63,256 nt of DNA, filler included, from Sphacelaria rigidula (GCA_964200075.2; 10 parts of 10 records of this genome joined end to end with filler, not necessarily neighbours in it), one strand, 5' to 3'. Positions 49,564 through 62,122 are shown, numbered from the whole stretch's first letter. Numbers and translations are program-made. Notes: a model not told the origin generated them from the sequence alone.

Positions 49564-50981
49564 CACGGACCCCTACCGGCGTACCTGGCAATGGGGGCGA
49601 CGACCCCGTGCAGACAGTCCCGCCACTACCGGGACGGCCGTGCAAACAGGCTAGCAGCCGGGATGGTCGTTGCACTGGTGTTCTCCTCGCGTTATCAACT
49701 TAGAGTACGGCCGCATAGGCTTTTCACGAGAATATTTCGGTGATAGTAGCTCCACTCCACTTCAGCCATGTGCTGTGGATTATTTCACGATCTCAGCGCC
49801 CAATATATGTGGAAATATGTTATACCCTAGACAAAAGCTTTCTATAGTCAGTATGCAATTCAAAAAAATATTTTGTGCACAGTAATGAAGCTACTGCCTA
49901 ATTACGACGTGCGCAATACTCGTGGTGGGAACTGCGCGCAGTATCACTTCAAGAGAGTTCAAAAATCTCCACGGTACGAATTGTTACAGCCGGCTTGCGC
50001 GCCATAGCAGCTGTGTCACCAAACAGCTCCGCTCAAAAAACAGGCAGGCATGACAGCAGCAGAGGTGGCCTCTTACTCCTGCGTGCGCCACCTAGGGCAA
50101 ATGTACGCTTAGCTGCAATATCGACCGTTGTACACGATGTGGCGGAGCGAGGGGTGGTACACCACTTACACACAGACAGCAAGCAGTACCATACACATAT
50201 ACTGTAGACAAGTGTGATTTGAAATCCGTCCGCGCGGGGTGTGGCCGGCATTCAGAGAACCCTGCACAACCTCGCCGTGTACTACCGGGACGCGACCTCT
50301 TCTCAGTAGCAATCGCTTGCGCTGTATGTTGTGACGGGTCTCGTGCGTGATGGTGATTTTTCTACCTCTACACACCGCCCGTGAAGCGAGCTCTTGATGC
50401 TGGAAATGCCCACCCCTCTTCCTGTAATGATCTACTGGAAGGTACATATCTCCCACACAAATGCCTCTAAAGGAAATGTACCAATTGAGATACAATTTTT
50501 TTTAATCGTTCATATCTCCGCGAAATATTAACCGTCTTTCGTTCAGTTTTTTTCTGCGTGTGCACAAGAGCACGGCGCTTTGTTTGNNNNNNNNNNNNNN
50601 NNNNNNNNNNNNNNNNNNNNNNNNNNNNNNTTAATTAATTAANNNNNNNNNNNNNNNNNNNNNNNNNNNNNNNNNNNNNNNNNNNNCGACTGACTGATAG
50701 TAGGCTTCTTGCCCGGCCCAGATCGTATATACTATTGATTTGTGCGAACATTGAACCGGCACGCACGCAGAGCGTTTATGTATTCCGACTCCCCTCTTTT
50801 GTCGTCCTTCTACGCCACTATCATGACAACAGCTAAATGCTCACGACACCCACAGCATCCACCCCTTCCCGCATACCAACAACTACATGCTGACGACATC
50901 TACAACACCTCCCTCCCCCTTCCCCCGGAGGCACCGGTGGTTTGGGGTCAGCTCTCTTGCGCAACCTGCCGACACACGTAC

Positions 50982-51101
50982 TGGAGTAGCCTCTCTACCC
51001 AAAAACCCACGAGTGACGGACGCCGAGGGCTCCGTGACCGTCATGATGCTTTCTCCCTCCCGCGGCAGGAGGGGATCGAAGTTTCCACATTTCGGCACAG
51101 T
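50982..51101 (-). CDS. Orphan multi-exon gene, predicted exon (TVPKCGNFDPLLPREGESIMTVTEPSASVTRGFLGREATP)
   Basis: TTCCAG acceptor, GTACGT donor, 120 nt, phase 0-0. Confidence 0.5.
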
Positions 51102-51971
51102 CTGGAATTTTTTTATTTCTCGCATGTATCCAGAGATTAATACAACCCCCTCCCCCCCACGTGGAGTATTTCGATAGGATCGTATTTTGTAAAGCTGCCA
51201 CACTGCACTCTGCCCATTTAATTTCGGCGGAAAAATATGCTCCCGCCTTTCTGTTGTCATATAACTGAAAATGGGCAACTTTTAATTCAAGCCTCGTGTT
51301 AGGGAAGGAAGGAAAATGAGAACAATATTCTGAGAAACTTGAGGAGCACTACAATATTTTTGCGAGAAAGGATCGTAAAATGTCCGCCACGCGTGGGCTG
51401 TTGGTCATGATCCCAAATCAATCTTATTTCCATTCTCACAATCTCATTCTCCTCTTTTCTTTCTTTCGATGATACGGGGCCTTATAAGATGTGATATCCG
51501 GAAGAATCCACTTTTTTTATTGCTCACTGTAAACCACTTGAATACCATATGTTCCTTTATCGATAATATATACCGTAGTTTCGGATATTGATAGTTTCCT
51601 CGCCCACCAACATTTTTTGCTCTTCTGTTCTTCGTCCGTTTGTTTCAGCCTATCCTCTTTCACGTCTATACCGCAAGGGATGATTACATAACAACGGAAA
51701 GCCATAGCTTGAGCGAGAATTCTATTTTTTCAAACACAAACACACCAACATAACCATACACGCACACAACGGAGCACGGCACGAGAGAAGACCCTCCATA
51801 TAATATACGAGACCGCTCGGAAGCAACAAAAGAAGAAAAATATATATTGCACCTCGATCGCTTCCTCATGTTTTGACGTGCGTTCGTTAAGAGAAAAATG
51901 TGGACAGTGCTCCACGCTCGTTAGTTGACATTTTCATCTCTAATGCAAGGGACCACGCGAAGAGCACTCAC

Positions 51972-52022
51972 GGTAAAAGGCTCCCGCCGTCTTCCGAGGT
52001 CGTCATGTTCCTCATCAGGTAC
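51972..52022 (-). CDS. Orphan gene, predicted exon (VPDEEHDDLGRRREPFT)
   Basis: AAAG acceptor, GTGAGT donor, 51 nt, phase 0-0. Confidence 0.5.
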
Positions 52023-53000
52023 CTTTTTTCCAGCGACGTGTTGGGTAAGCGGCAGCAATTTGTGTGACGCTTTTTCTTTTTTTTCAAATACACGTTGTCA
52101 TCAGTTTGTCCCTCCCCCCGTCACCCCTCCCCCCCCCAACAACGATTTGTCAGTTTTGAGCTCCCCACGTCCTAGACACGGGATAAAAATGAATGCTGTC
52201 TGTCATGTTGTGAGATCTGGTATGATTCCACACCCTGGACAATGTATGGTCAATAGATGCATTAGACGAGAAGTGTACTGCATCAAGTATAGGCCTATTG
52301 CAACTAATGCCGGCCGACAACAGTCGCAATAGGCCTATACTTTGTGCAGTACGTTTATTGTCTATTGCAACTATCGACCATATTTTGTTTGAGGTGTGGA
52401 TGATTCTCACATCGTGCATGCCCAACAGAGGAGAGCGACCATGTAATGAACTACACCCAGTTCGACTTCACGGTCGACAAGGGAAAGGCACCAGAGTGTG
52501 AGGGGGGGGAGGAGCACAATAGATACGAAGCACTGCCTGTATCCCACCGTATATGGGCTAGACGAAAATACAAGTCAGGCCGTGTCTCGTCGAAAACATG
52601 TGGTATCGAAAACGTGCGGTGGAATCGAATTCCCTCGTACCTGTCACGTCCACGTAATTCATTTTTCTCGGGTGGTTGAAAACATGAATGCCGTGGACGT
52701 ATCAGGTTATGAGCGAATTCGATTCCACCGAAACGTTTTGACTCCATGATTTTTTTGCAAAACACGGCCTCAGAAACGCTCTTTAGACGGCAACAAGATC
52801 GAGGTCGTACCATGACACCTGGCGAACTCTCGTACGTTTTTACATCGGGAATCATGGTATGCTCAGTGACTTGGAGTGACCAAAACTCGACTTCTAGAAA
52901 ATGTCCGACAAGAAACAGGATCTATTTCAAAAGGGGGCGCAAGAAGCGCGCGGGTAGGCGGGGGTGATGGGGAGGTGGGCAGGGGATAATTCTCCCTTAC

Positions 53001-53072
53001 ATGTCCACCGCGAAGACGCGAGGGCGTTTCCTCTCCGCCGGTCTGCTCGCTCAGTCCAGTCATAACGGGCAC
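53001..53072 (-). CDS. 72-nt repeated exon, copy 3 (VPVMTGLSEQTGGEETPSRLRGGH)
   Basis: TTTTACAG acceptor, CAT|GTAAGG donor. Confidence 0.7.
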
Positions 53073-53507
53073 CTGTAAAATAGTGAACTCGTCATGTGGT
53101 GAGCAAGAACGAGTTTTGATTGATGGATTGATGGATTGATGGATCGATTGATTGATTGTCGCACTTTAACTGACCTCCCGGATCCATGTTCAGAACATGG
53201 ATGCCGTGGACGTTTCAGGTTATCAGCGAATTCGATTCCACCGAACCGTTTTGACCCTTTTTCTTTACAAAACACGGCCTCAAAAACGCTCTCTGGACGG
53301 CAACAAGATCGAGGTCGTACCATGAAACCTGGCAAGCTCTCGTACGTTTTCACGTCAGGAATTACGATATGCTCAGTGACTTGGATTGACCAACACTCGA
53401 CTTCTAGTAAATGTCCAACAAAAAAACAGCATCTATTTCAAAAGGGGGGGCAAGGCGCGCCCGGGTAGGGGGGAGGGGGGAGTGGGGAGGGGATGATTCT
53501 CCCTTAC

Positions 53508-53579
53508 ATGTCCACTGCGAAGACGCGAGGACGTTTCCTCTCCGCCGGTCTGCTCGCTCAGTCCAGTCATAACGGGCAC
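53508..53579 (-). CDS. 72-nt repeated exon, copy 2 (VPVMTGLSEQTGGEETSSRLRSGH)
   Basis: Same splice sites conserved. Confidence 0.7.
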
Positions 53580-53850
53580 CTGTAAAATAGTGAACTCGTC
53601 ATCTGGTGAGAAGGAACGAGTATTGATTGATAAATTGTAGGTCGCAAAACGACACGTCACGAACCATCATACGTTTTTACGGGAGGAATTGCGGTATGCT
53701 CAGTGACTTGGATTGACCGACACTCGACCTCTAGAAAATGCTCGATAAGAAACAGGATCTATTTCAAAAGGGGGCGCAAGAAGCGCCCGGGTGGGAGGAC
53801 GGGGGGGATGGGGAGGTGAGGTAGGTGGGCAAGGGATGATTCTCCCTTAC

Positions 53851-53922
53851 ATGTTCACTGGGAAGAGGCGAGGGCGTTTCCCCTCCGCCGGTCTGCTCGC
53901 TCAGTCCAATCATATCGGGCAC
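53851..53922 (-). CDS. 72-nt repeated exon, copy 1 (VPDMIGLSEQTGGGETPSPLPSEH)
   Basis: Same splice sites conserved; only phase 0 is open in all three copies. Confidence 0.7.
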
Positions 53923-54903
53923 CTGTAAAATCGTGGACTCATCATCTGGTGAGGAGGAACGAGTAGTGATTGACTGATTGATTGAGTGTCGCACTTTAAC
54001 TGACCTCCCGGACACAGCCGTGGTCACATGATAGATGTATACCTGAGATAAGACACATCTCGAACACTATGAGGGAAAAAAGAGAACAAAGAAAAGAAAG
54101 GAAAGGCAGAACAACAGAGTAGACTACAAGAAAAGAAAGGGGGTAAAAAATACACAAAAAGTACTATTGTACTACGGAGTACAGTATTCAAGACATTGTT
54201 CATTTACAGACCCCGTCACGGCCGGCGGCGACCATGGAAAAAGATCGCCCTCCCCTGACAACTCCAGCAGCGACACAAACGCCGCGCGTACAGTTCGTGA
54301 TGGTGTACACCGTCTTATCAAGTGATTGTAGCTGTATACCGCGCTCCCGGATCAGCATAGACACAGCGCCGTGCCACTTCGGCGAGACCGCTCGGAAAAT
54401 ACGATGCGCTGCAGTTCATGAACAAATCCTGTTTTGTATGCTGACTGTATCTCCTACTTCGGGGTTTTTCATCGACCGCAGTCCAAGTCTACGAATAGTA
54501 TCAAGTGCTGGAGCGGACTTTTTCACACCCTAGATGTTCATCTGTCAATAAATGTGCTGCGTACAGTGTGGATTCTTTTGTGTATCAGAAAGGACAAAAT
54601 CGTCGATACTGTTGTTTTGTGTTTGTGTTGTTTACCTGCACAGGGGCTTTGTTTTTGTTGACCGGAAACTCATGTCGAGACGACCAAAAACCAAGGATAA
54701 TTATTAACGTTCGGAGAAAACAGAAGGCGGCGCTTCGCCACACTGCACAGCACATCCAGCAAAATTGCTGCCGTGGGCTTCATTCGCAAGGGTTTTCATG
54801 TTTGCCTCAAAAGCCACTTGCTGCTCACTACCCTATGCTGTCTCTAGCAGCACGGAGATGTAACGGTAATACGTACAGTCAGCAGCCACACGGTCCAACT
54901 TAC

Positions 54904-54954
54904 TTGGTTAGGGTATAGGGTAGTATTTTCTACCGCGTACTTACTCGGTGCAAG
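54904..54954 (-). CDS. Orphan gene, predicted exon (LAPSKYAVENTTLYPNQ)
   Basis: TTTCAG acceptor, GTAAGT donor, 51 nt, phase 0-0. Confidence 0.5.
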
Positions 54955-55450
54955 CTGAAAGCGGGTGACCGATCTTTTGCCACACAAAAGAGAAAACACG
55001 CGCTATTACATACGCATGCACAGGGAACGCGGCGCGCAGCATCACATAGCATCTCACCACAAGCCACCCTGTGATGTACTGTACTCCAACTCTGTTGTGC
55101 GGAGAAAGAGCCGCAGCACAGCTCGTTTGCTGGTTAAAAAAACACTGGTTGTTCATCAGAGCTCGAAGCTTGAACTGCTATACCCACCGCTGCGTACTTA
55201 CTCTGGACCAGCTGAAAACGGGTGACCGATCTTTTCCCACACAAGAGGAAACAAGCACTACTACGAACGCATACACAGGGAACACAAAGCGCACCATCAC
55301 ATAGCATCCCATTACGAGCCAACCTGTGATGCACTGTACTCCAACTCTGTTGTACTGAGGAACAGTCACAGCACAGCTCGTTGGCTGGTGAAAAAACACC
55401 AGTTTTTTATCAGAGTTCGAAAGCTTGAACTGCTACTGGATACCCACCGC
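54935..55450. repeat. ~257-bp tandem duplication of a complete intron, creating a predicted 24-nt exon at 55188-55211 (minus strand)
   Basis: GCGTACTTACTC..GCTGAAA.CGGGTGACCGATCTTTT...TACCCACCGC occurs twice. Confidence 0.9.
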
Positions 55451-55594
55451 GGCGAGGTCTTTCGTACAAAAGTCGCAAGTGTGGCTCGTGTTGGGATCCG
55501 CGTTGGGCAGCATACTCTTCGCCGCAGCGAAATCCTCCGCTCGCGGCATCGTGACTGAGCTTCCCGTCGTATTCATCGCATCTCTCTTTATCGC
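55448..55594 (-). CDS. Orphan gene, predicted exon (AIKRDAMNTTGSSVTMPRAEDFAAAKSMLPNADPNTSHTCDFCTKDLAA)
   Basis: ACGCAG acceptor, GCG|GTGGGT donor, 147 nt, phase 0-0. Confidence 0.55.
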
Positions 55595-56285
55595 CTGCGT
55601 ATGCGGTGGATGATGATAATGCGTTCCCCCATTTGCGTGGAGGTGTTGATGCGGTGAGGAGGTCATTTTTGAACTGAACACCGAAAACCTATTCGGCGTC
55701 GGAAGTCCCTGTGCGCGTTTCTTTTCTCGGGCTCTCCAACAGTTGTTGAGATATTGTTGTTTGTTTGTCAGATAGTATTGAACGATCCACTCCACTCCCG
55801 GAAGATGGGCAGATGTATTTCGGTGGCACTTTGTCCGCTCTTCAGCTGCTGCTGTCGACAAAAATCCTGTCCTGATCTGGTGTATTTCTCCACTGATTGT
55901 CGGTGGCCGGGTGGGGTATGCTCGCTGTCTGTATATTGGAACATGACATAATTGCATATCACATTAGAAAATGGGTCTTTGTAGACCACGTGACGGTTGA
56001 TGTTTTGACCGGTAACCGCAGCAGTGCCGTACAGCTGTACTGTCTCGTGTAGCACTGATATCGGGCAGTACCGTACGATGCAATAGGGTGCATACAGGAG
56101 TGAAAAATCACTTTCTGCATTGTTTTCAGAATTTTTGTGCGAAGGAGAGAGAGACGGCCTGAGCTTCGATTTCTGCTGTCATTGTACAAACGTTAACGTC
56201 ACAAGCCGAGCTTGTTACACGCAAGGATCGTAGCGAAACTGGAGGATAGAGTGTACAGGCTGCGCTCTTCTTGCATACAAGGCCA

Positions 56286-56580
56286 ATGAGGAGGGCGCGC
56301 CAGCAAGAGGCACATCGGAAGCCGAGCCAACGACACTTTTGGTACGAAGACGGCGACAGCAGAAGCGAGGAAAAATATCAAGGATTGACAGAAGACACAG
56401 ACGGATCTCTGTCCGATTGTAGACGGTACCTGGGAAGAAGCAGAAACATGAACAACCATGGTGGCGGCCAACCGGGTCCGGTGGTCACCCTGCAGACTGT
56501 TGATGATCTTCAAGATGCAGCAGCTCGCATGCCGGACATGTCGTCAGAGATGCGCCGACTGCCATATGTGGTGGAAGCAG
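56286..56580 (+). CDS. Possible exon of a separate, divergently oriented gene, unknown product
   Basis: Open frame MRRARQQEAH...LPYVVEA ending at CAG|GTAAGC. Confidence 0.45.
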
Positions 56581-57421
56581 GTAAGCTGCAATGGGAGGGA
56601 GGGGACATCCCATGATACTGCAGGTCAGTTGCACCAGTGCCGAGTTGCGCTTTTCTGACGGAGCACAACACCCCGGCTGATATGTAGACTCTCTTGCACT
56701 GTACTGTCAGTTGTACTACTGTACTGCAATGTGCTGTACTGTACTGTGTCAATCTCGCTGCTAAGTTCGTTTGAAAAGCACAATGTGGTCGAGGGTCGTG
56801 GTCTTGCACTTGGATAAACTTGTGGTTGGAGCATCTACCAACGGGGGATGCCACACGCCGTCCTTTCGGCACGCTACTATTATTATTATTATTATTATTT
56901 CCGCACATTAGTCCCATCTCGNNNNNNNNNNNNNNNNNNNNNNNNNNNNNNNNNNNNNNNNNNNNTTAATTAATTAANNNNNNNNNNNNNNNNNNNNNNN
57001 NNNNNNNNNNNNNNNNNNNNNTTGAGCGCCCATTGTACCGCAGGCAACACGTCCACCCACTCGGAATCCACTCTACGCTGCTCCGTAATTTCTTAGTTTC
57101 TCAACGATTGTCCAAATTTATTTTGATGCCACTGCTCATCATGGTGACCGTTGGATGCAAAAAAATTGCGTCCGGAGATATTTGAATCCTCTTGAGAAAT
57201 ATTGAAAGAGAAATCATCGGCGATCAATCATGAGCGACTTACGGGCTTGACCGATCTTCTGGGGTCCTGCGAAAATACGACCCCAGCCTCTAGCTTCTCG
57301 GTGTTTTCGGTGGACCGACTCGATCCGGATTGAATGAGTGAAGACTCAAAAAGGATCATTTTTTTTCAATTCCACCTAGTCACTGCGCTAAAGCAGGAAA
57401 AGTATGTTTCTTGGACCATTT

Positions 57422-57865
57422 ACGGTCAATAACACCCTCCTGGTAAATGGGGTCTTTACCCGGTATCGCCCCCACAACAAGTTGGATGATTGTGATTTGA
57501 TCACGGTTTGTTTATTTTGCCAAAACTATCGACGCTAGCACTTTCGAGTGCTCATCGAAAATGTTATGCGAAAAAAAAAACGAAAATAGGCCATCCGCAG
57601 AAAATGCTAGACTGAGGCCTGTGCAGTATAGGAGGGAAACACGATCTCGATCGTTATTGTGAAGAATTCGAAACTTATTAATTTATCTGAATATTTACCG
57701 TTTCGTCGCTGACGGACTGCTTATATTGGATCAAAACCGTCAATAACACCCTCCTGAAACGGGGTATCAAATCCATATCGCCCCAAAAACACCAACGTGA
57801 GCACTGAAGTTTGAGCGCGGCCTATGCTTTCTCCCTAAATCTACCGGCGCTAGCACTTTCAAGTA
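57422..57865. repeat. Degenerate direct repeat (~125 bp, ~315 bp apart)
   Basis: GTCAATAACACCCTCCTG...TATCGCCCC...CGCTAGCACTTTC occurs twice. Confidence 0.7.
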
Positions 57866-58032
57866 GTAGACCGGTACTCCAGAAAAACATCGAAAAAAGG
57901 ACAACTACGAATTCTGAAAACTTCTGACGCTGACTACTATATTTCCGACACATTCAGGTACAGTGTGTAACGCTATCAGGAGCAACAAATGCTGAGATTT
58001 ACAGCCACGTGATTGGCCGAAACCGTCGTATA

Positions 58033-59429
58033 CCTGTTCGTGGCAGAAAACGCGACAGGTGTACCTGAGTCTATCGTCTCTTCTCCGAAACCTATTCCTG
58101 TCTATCGAAAGGCATCAGCATGTGGCGAACATCGTACCCGAAAGTAGCGGATCCCAATGAGCTGACATGCCATATTCCAGCTCTTTCAGCAGTGGCAGAA
58201 AAATTGATGGTAGTACACTCTTGGGTTCTTCCCACAAGACACATTTGTCCAGGAGTACCACACGTGTGTTCCGATCTCCGAACGAAGCCTGACTCTTGCG
58301 TGCGGAGGTCCGGCTACCGAGTTTGCTCGCGACTGGGTGTAAGTGTGATTCTGCGCAAGACCTCCTCTGCCGAAGTCATGTGGCAAAGGCCGGCGATTTT
58401 TTCTCTCATGTCTCTTGATATTTTTTCTCCCTTGTTCCTAGTCTACTCTGCTATTCCGTTCAGCCTATTTTGTTTTCGTTTTTTTTCTTGCAGCGAATGT
58501 TTCAGTTTTGTTTTCGTCTCGGATACGTCCACCATGTTACCACGGCTGGACCCCTGGGGGGTCGGTCGAAGTGCGAGAATGAATAAAATAAAATCAATTA
58601 TAGACAGTGCGGCGTAGTAGTACTACGTTGCCGCACATACAGCAGTCACGCACGCACTGAACACCGGCAATAGTGCACCGTACGGTACTGACTGCACCGT
58701 CGAGGGTGTCGTTCGTTGGGTCACGCCTTTCCCCCGTCATTCATTCCGAACCATCCGTGTTGTTTCCGCTAGGTTATCGCAGGTTGTTGCGGCCAAGAAT
58801 CGTAGAGTGCAATGGTGATGCACGTTTTTCTGCAGGACTATGCGCTTCGGAAATGGTATTTTCTAGTCCGGACAAGACGCTTATCTATGCGTCCGCCGTG
58901 ACACTGCTGTTCGTAGCGGCTTCGTGTGGCAACGTGTGTAGTGGTGCTCTGTACCACCAAAATAAATCACTGCTTTTTCTCGCTTGCTTTTTTCCCGCCA
59001 AGATGGGATACCGTCGGTCGGAGGGGTTTCGCGTGCACGACGCCCCTGGTGCGTTAGCGTACATGACCTCTCCTTGCTGGCACTCGCTGCGCCTGATTCT
59101 ATTTGTCCGTGCACGGATATGTCATCTGTCGCGAGCAAACTCGGTAGCAGAACCTCCGCACGCAAGATTCAGGCTTCGTTCGGAGATCGGAACACGCATG
59201 CGGTATTTCCGTACGAATCTGTCTTGTGGGAAGACCTCAAAAGTGTATGACCATCGTTCTTTTGTCACTGTTGAAAGAGCTGATGTATGCCGCATTTCAG
59301 CGCATTCAAATCCCCCCCGTTTCAGGTACAACGCCCGCCACATTCTGATACTTCTCGATAGACAGGAATATATTTCGGAGAAGGGACGACAGACTCAGGT
59401 AATCCTGTTGCGTTTCCCGCCACGAAAGG
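58033..59429. mobile_element. ~1.4-kb non-autonomous element with ~300-bp imperfect TIRs
   Basis: 58033-58333 is the reverse complement of 59129-59429 (e.g. GTGTTCCGATCTCCGAACGAAGCCTGA / TCAGGCTTCGTTCGGAGATCGGAACAC); no TSD seen. Confidence 0.8.
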
Positions 59430-59982
59430 CTGTTCTCTCTGCTTTCAATGCGACGTGAAAACGACTTGGACAGCGTGCATTTTCCCTTTTCACGTTTTCA
59501 AGTACAAAGATAATCGAAATGACGCGGCCTCAGACAAGCCCTAACCACTCCAACCGAAACCAAGAACAGCGCAGTTCTTTCGAACGTACCTTTTTTTCGT
59601 ACAGTTCCGACCTTGGGTCTTACTATCGCAAAGGTGTAAATGCTGCAACTTGAACCAAGTTGCGCATTATATGCTCGTGTAGAAAAGAGAGGGAGCGGTA
59701 TTCAGGGTTTGTGTGTGTGTGTGCATAGGTGCATAGCCCTTCCGAACACATTGGGTATACGACGGTTTCGGTGAATCGCGTGGCTGTAAATCTCGGCATT
59801 TTACAGTAACAGTACACACTGTATCTGAATCTGGCGAAAATACGTCCAGGTATACCCGCATCCGTCGTTCGCCCTAAACGTTTGTACCGGGTATTCTATG
59901 GTACGTGCCCCAAAATTCCCGTATCCGTACTCGCACAAGTACTCTTATCCTACTCTATCCACGTTGGGGAAGTGAATCTCAC

Positions 59983-60062
59983 CTTCACGTGCCCAGTCAT
60001 ATCATCTGGCCCCTCTATCGTATGCCGGAACAGCTCGTGATGCCACTTCACCGGGACCATTT
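59983..60062 (-). CDS. yjbQ: UPF0047/YjbQ family (secondary thiamine-phosphate synthase-like) internal exon
   Basis: MVPVKWHHELFRHTIEGPDDMTGHVK carries the family motif H..EG.DDM.(A/G)H.K; GACAG acceptor, AAG|GTGAGA donor. Confidence 0.85.
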
Positions 60063-61045
60063 CTGTCGAATACGCGGGCACAACGTCGGGGCACGCAAAA
60101 CACGCAATGGAACACGAAAAAATAAGAAGGCGTCGACACAGATGTGGAAGGCTTGTTTGTACCCGTTCATACCCACGAGTGCTACCGCCTATGAACAAGA
60201 CACACACATCGTATTAGAGCACCAAGCACAAAGGCAGTGTAGCGCTAAACATGCAAAATATGTCAACTTCAAGCGCCAAAACGTGAAGCGATGATATACA
60301 CGAGGGAATGAGCTCGTGCCTGGATTTGTTCATGCGCCACAGACGAAGAATATTGTTCTCGCCACCTAACAGGGGAGAATGACGGAGCGGTCGCGAATGC
60401 TACTGCACTATTTTCGCCGCGTTGCAGTTGGAACAAAGCACAAAGGTCGCGCGGGGCTATAGGCTGTAAGCATCAACACCACGAGACGTGCTGGCAGTAT
60501 CACAGTTCGCTGATACGATTGTTCAAGTGCCGCACCTGGCAGGTCGTACTTGAGTATATGATGAAAAACAATCGAAAAGACATATGAGTTGATTCTGAGA
60601 GAAAGGCCACGAGTCCCCTTGCAACGCACGTGAGGTACGCGCTAGAAATGACCACACCCTGCACAAAATAAACACACTGTCGAAGAAAGGGTACTGTGTA
60701 CAGTATCGACTATTGCGCCTATTGAATCAGACGAAAGGTTTCATACTGTACGCAGTACATTTTTTTCACAATATGATATTTTGTCCACGGTGTGGAAATG
60801 ACACAACGTCTCCTGTCCGTGTGACTGCGGAGGCGTTGTGGAGCTGTTACTGGGAGCGACCAAAGCCACGTTGCACAGGGCGGTGTACGTGAGCGTTAGG
60901 GTGGGATATTTAGTCGCCACCAGTGACGTCGAACGCGAGGAAATCGTGTCAACTGGCGCCACGGTGAGTGCTACATCAAGGTAAAACAAATCTCGTCGTA
61001 CAGAGTATACACACTCTGCATGTGGAACACCTGATACAGAGTAGT

Positions 61046-61098
61046 GGGGGGTGTACTCACGATGTTGCATGCCATAGCCGTGAGACCGTTGACTTTGC
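61046..61098 (-). mobile_element. Family A tail inserted directly downstream of the family B LINE 3' end
   Basis: GGGGGGTGTACTCACGATGTTGCATGCCATAG... followed by GGGGGCGGCGGGGCGTACTCAT. Confidence 0.85.
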
Positions 61099-61110
61099 AT
61101 TCCCACAAAG

Positions 61111-62087
61111 TCGGAACAGGGGGCGGCGGGGCGTACTCATTTGTTGCTTGCCGTGAGTCGTTTGACCATTCACCACGCACCCCTTTCGAGACGAAGCACC
61201 GTTTCTACCCCTAATAGAGACACCTCCAACATGTAGGTGCTCATTACGTTTCTTCCATACACTACATAACAACCTCTTACACATCGTTCCCCCGCCATGT
61301 TTCGCCGCCTGTGGCCACCACCTATATCCTAGTATAGTCATCGTTTTCTCCCTACTGTCTAATGCATCAAACGATTCCATGCCACTTTTGTTCACGTCCC
61401 GCATCCCGCCCTCTAGCACGTCCCGTTCCTCCTTGTATCGTTCACATTCTGCCACCATTATATACGAGTTCTGCTCTCTATTCCTTTGCCACAGGGGCAA
61501 CTCGGTGCATCTACTTCCTCCTCCTCTCGACTACTGGTATATCTCTTCTTGTTTCTGGCAGGTTCAGGTCCCCATCCCGAAATCGCAGTTTCATATTTTC
61601 CCCGCGTCCATTAGGCCATGCAGATATGCTTTCATCCCTAATCCCTCTCTCGACCCCCCGTATATCTTCAAGTGTTCTTCCTTGTCCACTTTGCGTCTGA
61701 GCGCTTCTTTCCCTTATTTCTATCACGTCTCTTACTTTTGTCTTGTACCCCGCACCTTCACCAATCAAAAACTTTTCGTCTTGGTTTCCTTCTATCTCCA
61801 TCCATACTTTATCGACTGCTCTGTCCCACCTCATTCCAGCCTGCTCTTTCGTAACTCTCTTCCATACAGCCTTCTCAACTATGACTGGCAATATCCCTCT
61901 CTGCATGTTCTTTACGCTATATTTCCATCGAAGTTTCCTCATGTCTCTGTTTTGAGTGGGTACATTCCCAACTCTCTCAATGCTGTATTACCCGTCGTTT
62001 TCGAGCATCCAAGCATTTTCTCAGCTGCTGCCATCTGTACTGTTTCCAACCTGTTCACCAGCTTCACGTTCCCCTCCCATACTTCCC

Positions 62088-62122
<35 letters not shown>

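Larger units (their letters stand above)
52680..53980. repeat. Tandem triplication of an exon-plus-intron unit (exon spacing 507 and 343 bp)
   Basis: GCTCAGTGACTTGGA.TGACC...ACCTGTAAAAT occurs three times. Confidence 0.92.

Noticed and set aside
51570..51670. Additional minus-strand exon (KEDRLKQTDEEQKSKK...)
   Set aside because: Candidate splice sites give phases incompatible with the flanking phase-0 exons.
51972..52022. Hammerhead ribozyme core (CTGATGA...GGAA on the minus strand)
   Set aside because: GAAA is absent and stem II does not pair; the segment is better explained as a 51-nt exon.
53001..53922. LRR exons of a ROCO-type immune gene
   Set aside because: The length matches 72 nt but no LxxLxL pattern appears in any open frame.
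58673..59458. 261-aa ORF, and other long ORFs such as 61379-62092(+), 20601-21212(+) and 14959-15510(+)
   Set aside because: They run through TIRs or SINEs, or are antisense to RT/Copia frames; no protein-like motifs or splice support.
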